A stretch of DNA of 27,364 bases from a virus, in IMG/VR virus record IMGVR_UViG_2529292733_000001; one strand, 5' to 3'. The position numbers and the translations under genes are program-made. Positions 24,354 through 27,364 of the stretch are shown here, piece after piece. Each line of letters starts with the position of its first letter. Position 1 is the stretch's first letter. A model generated the notes under the pieces. That model had not been told where the DNA came from and made no database searches. It saw nothing but the letters and a program-made list of their open reading frames with translations.

Positions 24354-24848
24354 ATGTCAGCAACCAATAGCACCAGCGACACCGACTCGATCGAACAGTA
24401 TTGGCGACTCGCGGGCGTCCCGCTCGACCTCCACGACGGTCCCGAGCCCACTATCACACCCGGTACGTCCTACGACTGTACCGCGCTCACGACCCTCCAG
24501 TCGGACTCGCCGGAGGGCGAATGGGGGAGCGCCACCGAACGCCATCGGTCGCTGCTGGCGTACGGCGCGCGAGCCGGGAAATATACACTCCACGAGTCGG
24601 GCGGACGAGTCGCCTACACCGAACAGCACGATGGCGCGGTGCCGAACGGCACGCTCGCTGTGAGTCTCCGGCCGCCAGTCGACTCGATGTTCGTCCACGG
24701 AGGGTGGTTCATCGTCGAGAGCGTCGAGAACGCTTCGCCGAATCCGGAGATGCCTCAGCTCTCGATAGGGTTAGTCTACCTCGCTCCGCTGGACCGCTAC
24801 CCGACGCGCTCGACGCTCGCCTACGACCTCGAAGCACCCGCGCTGTAA
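24354..24848 (+). CDS. Distal tail (Dit-position) protein, 164 aa
   Basis: First gene after the tape measure. Assignment by synteny. Confidence 0.55.
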   Translation: MSATNSTSDTDSIEQYWRLAGVPLDLHDGPEPTITPGTSYDCTALTTLQSDSPEGEWGSATERHRSLLAYGARAGKYTLHESGGRVAYTEQHDGAVPNGTLAVSLRPPVDSMFVHGGWFIVESVENASPNPEMPQLSIGLVYLAPLDRYPTRSTLAYDLEAPAL

Positions 24849-24869
24849 ACACAACGGAGAGTTACCACC

Positions 24870-25967
24870 ATGCCCAAATTCAGACAACAGCACCTCAACG
24901 ACGGATTGTTCACGGCCGACGAGATCGCGAATCGAGACGCCGAGCGTGGCACCTTCGTCCGTTCGGGCGGGGAAATCACGATCGCTGCGTCGTCGTCGGA
25001 ACCCCTGCTCACTGTCTCGGACATCACGTTTCGCCTCGACGATGTCGAGGACTACTCGATCGCTGAGAGTACGGTCGAGCTCACCCCGAACGCGACGGGC
25101 TACCCACGCCGGGACTTGATCATCGCCCGCGGGCCGCCGGATAGCGGTGGGTCGCCGACGTTCGACTCGCTTGAGGGCGACCTCATCGACGGCGACCTGC
25201 TCGCCGCTCTCGAAAACGAGAACCAGCTCGGCGGGGCACGCCTCGACGACGAGGGGCTCCCGCTCTGGCCGGCCGAGGCGATGCCGTCGGTCCAACCGCC
25301 CGCCGGACGCGATCTCCGTGGCGAGGCCGCTATCATCGGGATGGTCTTCTTGCCTCAGGGGACGGGAACGAGCCAGGACCTCGCAGACGAGTATATCACC
25401 GACCTCCGAAAGGAGGGGATCGGTGTCGAGGGGGTTCTCAGGCCGGGCGATGCGCTCGCCGAGCTCGAAGCGGGGGACGACCCTCGAAGCATGAACATCA
25501 CGGGGACGGCGGGCAACGCCGAGCAGTTCGGCGGGAAGACGCCTGACAAGTACGGCCGCGTCCAGACGGGCGACGCGCTGTATCGCCTTCCCAACGACAC
25601 CGACCGAACCTCGATCATCAGGATGCAAGCGCCGAACGACCTCGGCTCGACGTGGTCGGTGACCTTCGAGGTGATGCAAGCCGGCGCGACGAGGACGGGG
25701 TGGGTTCGAGGAGCCCTGATCAAGGCTCGTGGGAACGCCGAACCCCACATCCGTACCTTCGAGACAGATGTGGATAGCGGCCTCGGAACGCCCTTCTTCG
25801 CGTGGACGGACGAAGGCGATAGCGGGCGCGTCCTCGTCCGCCACGATCCAGGGAGCAACGGTAACAACGTCCTCTATCAGCTCTCGTGGGCGAGATACGG
25901 CGACATTCGGGGCGGGTTCGTGTCCAGCAACACCGATGAACTCGAAGCGCCGTCGGACCAGCGATGA
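24870..25967 (+). CDS. Tail fibre / receptor-binding-type protein, 365 aa
   Basis: Tail-tip cluster. N-terminal ..L......PRRDLI and ..V.LP.G......I.DLR pattern recalled from tail-fibre attachment domains, plus a distinct beta-rich C-terminal domain. Confidence 0.5.
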   Translation: MPKFRQQHLNDGLFTADEIANRDAERGTFVRSGGEITIAASSSEPLLTVSDITFRLDDVEDYSIAESTVELTPNATGYPRRDLIIARGPPDSGGSPTFDSLEGDLIDGDLLAALENENQLGGARLDDEGLPLWPAEAMPSVQPPAGRDLRGEAAIIGMVFLPQGTGTSQDLADEYITDLRKEGIGVEGVLRPGDALAELEAGDDPRSMNITGTAGNAEQFGGKTPDKYGRVQTGDALYRLPNDTDRTSIIRMQAPNDLGSTWSVTFEVMQAGATRTGWVRGALIKARGNAEPHIRTFETDVDSGLGTPFFAWTDEGDSGRVLVRHDPGSNGNNVLYQLSWARYGDIRGGFVSSNTDELEAPSDQR

Positions 25968-27364
25968 TCACAGAACCAGTCTCGCGGGCGGCAGGATTCG
26001 GCCCGCTCAACCCCACGACCTACGGAGGCCCCGAAGCGGGGATCCGTGGCCCTGGGGGACCAGCACCGCCGGCACCGTCGGTCGCGACACGACCGGCAGG
26101 TTTCGGGCCCCTCAACGCCACCACGCTCGGCCAGCCCCAGCCCGGGATCCGCGGCGGTGGTGGGAAGTCGGTCGGCCAGCTCCTCGCGAGCGTCGATGGC
26201 TACGCGCTCGTGCTCGAACGCGCGACGGGCGAGACGGCGCTTTACGCTGCCGAGGATAGCCCAAGCCGAGCGCTGACGAAGCTCTCGATCACGCTCAACG
26301 TGAACGCGCGGTCGTCGTGGAAGGCAGAGATCCCGAGCAACGACGAGCTCTTTCGCTGGAACCTCGCCGACGTGGTAATCGGCCACAACGGTAATCGGCT
26401 GTTCCACGGCCAGATGCTCCCCTCGAAGTATTCCTCGTCGAGCGGGAAGGTCTCGGTCGGCGGCTACGGCCGCCTTCGCGAGCTCACCTTCGGCGGCGAG
26501 GAGTTCACCGTCGAGAGCGGTGATGGCTGCCAAGCGATCAACGAGTTCTGGCGCTTCATCGCCGGACTCACCGACGGCCGGGTTCGTGGCTACTGCGACC
26601 CGCCGCCCGCTGGGACGCGCCGCGAGGTCGGTCCCGACGGCTTCGAGGCGAGCGGCACGCCGATGCAGATCGCGACCGAGCTCCACAACGAGTTCGGCTA
26701 TGCGTTCGTGATGGACCACTCGGATAGGGCCGGCGTCGTTCACTCGTTCCGTCCCGGAACCGTCGCCCGCGAGCTCGACTACTGGCACAAGGACCACGAG
26801 GTGGAGATCGACCCCTCGAAGTATCGCAACCGCGTCGTGATTCGCGGGGCCTGGAACGAGGCGCGAGCCGAGTACTATCGCCACGAGGCGCGTGCGCCAC
26901 AGGGGGAGATCGACGACCTCGCGGCGGGCAAGCTCATTACCTACCGGCCCGAGCCCGACGACGAGCTCGAGAGCAACGAAGCGTGCGCGGTGCTGGCGCG
27001 CTCGAAGCTCGACGAACTCCGCGGCAAGTACTCCATCACGGGGAGTGTGGACGCCGCGCCGGTGCGAGTGGTGCCGGGGTATCTCTACCCCTTCGAGGAG
27101 TTCAACGCCGCCGCACCACCCGCTGCGCGCCCCGTCTACACCGGTGTCCAGCAGGTCAAACACACGATGATCAGCGACGCGAAGACGGTGATCGACTGTA
27201 GCGAAGAGGGTGGGCTCACACAAGCGATCAACCAGTCGCGCAACCCGCTCGCCGGCGGCATCCAGCGCCAGCAGACCGGGCTGATAGAGGGCGGGATGGC
27301 GAGCGAGGCAGTAGACGCCTACACCGACGAATATCCGCACCCCTACCCTGGAGGAAACCAATGA
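25964..27364 (+). CDS. Tail-tip/baseplate hub-like protein with N-terminal Pro/Gly repeats, 466 aa
   Basis: ATGA overlap. LFHGQM, YRNRVVIRGA and LARSKLDEL...SITGSV patterns typical of hub/Tal-type proteins. The stop lies in ATGA, implying a coupled next gene. Confidence 0.6.
   Translation: MITEPVSRAAGFGPLNPTTYGGPEAGIRGPGGPAPPAPSVATRPAGFGPLNATTLGQPQPGIRGGGGKSVGQLLASVDGYALVLERATGETALYAAEDSPSRALTKLSITLNVNARSSWKAEIPSNDELFRWNLADVVIGHNGNRLFHGQMLPSKYSSSSGKVSVGGYGRLRELTFGGEEFTVESGDGCQAINEFWRFIAGLTDGRVRGYCDPPPAGTRREVGPDGFEASGTPMQIATELHNEFGYAFVMDHSDRAGVVHSFRPGTVARELDYWHKDHEVEIDPSKYRNRVVIRGAWNEARAEYYRHEARAPQGEIDDLAAGKLITYRPEPDDELESNEACAVLARSKLDELRGKYSITGSVDAAPVRVVPGYLYPFEEFNAAAPPAARPVYTGVQQVKHTMISDAKTVIDCSEEGGLTQAINQSRNPLAGGIQRQQTGLIEGGMASEAVDAYTDEYPHPYPGGNQ

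Larger units (their letters stand above)
1..27364 (+). mobile_element. Haloarchaeal tailed virus/provirus segment (siphovirus-like): early accessory region plus packaging, head and tail modules
   Basis: Canonical order TerS-TerL-portal-MuF-protease-capsid-neck-tube-chaperone-tape measure-distal tail, almost all on + with overlapping start/stop codons. D/E-rich proteins and high GC as in Halobacteria. No sheath gene. Window ends are gene boundaries, not element boundaries. Confidence 0.95.

Noticed and set aside
23140-27361. Long minus-strand ORFs (23140-24351, 24771-25844, 25877-27361; likewise 7985-9010, 13536-14339)
   Set aside because: Typical antisense open frames produced by GAC/GAG/GTC codon bias in high-GC halophile genes. 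They are V/R/L-rich and fully overlap well-supported plus-strand genes.
1-27364. Integrase, att sites, or a classical peptidoglycan endolysin
   Set aside because: No tyrosine or serine recombinase motifs, no tRNA-derived att repeat and no amidase/lysozyme motifs seen. Integration status cannot be determined from this window.

Overview
The whole 27.4-kb window is a contiguous piece of a haloarchaeal tailed virus or provirus (Caudoviricetes). The proteins are acidic and the DNA is high-GC. A siphovirus-type non-contractile tail is inferred because no sheath gene is present. Gene order: (i) 1-1221, replication-associated small genes, including a stand-alone MCM-C-terminal-like winged helix and an HTH protein whose 3' end runs into a cluster of GTGAAC/GTTCAC repeats (candidate origin or operator); (ii) 1454-3660, accessory genes: a modular beta-helix protein, a 2-TM protein and four tiny Zn-finger genes; (iii) about 3660-5690, a low-GC, CTAG-rich insert with a wHTH gene and an antisense 543-aa protein with a C-terminal PLD-like nuclease domain (candidate defence cargo); (iv) 5716-7458, a Cys-motif protein, three small membrane proteins and a 39-aa Zn-finger microprotein; (v) 7528-27364, a complete morphogenesis module: TerS, TerL, portal, Mu-F/gp7-like protein, an inserted membrane-protein moron, XkdF-like protease/scaffold, major capsid, neck and tail-completion proteins, tail tube, chaperone with a C CCA AAC -1 frameshift site, a 1650-aa repeat-rich tape measure and three distal tail genes. 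I saw no integrase, att site, rRNA, true tRNA or CRISPR array. All family calls come from motif recognition by eye; no database searches were run.
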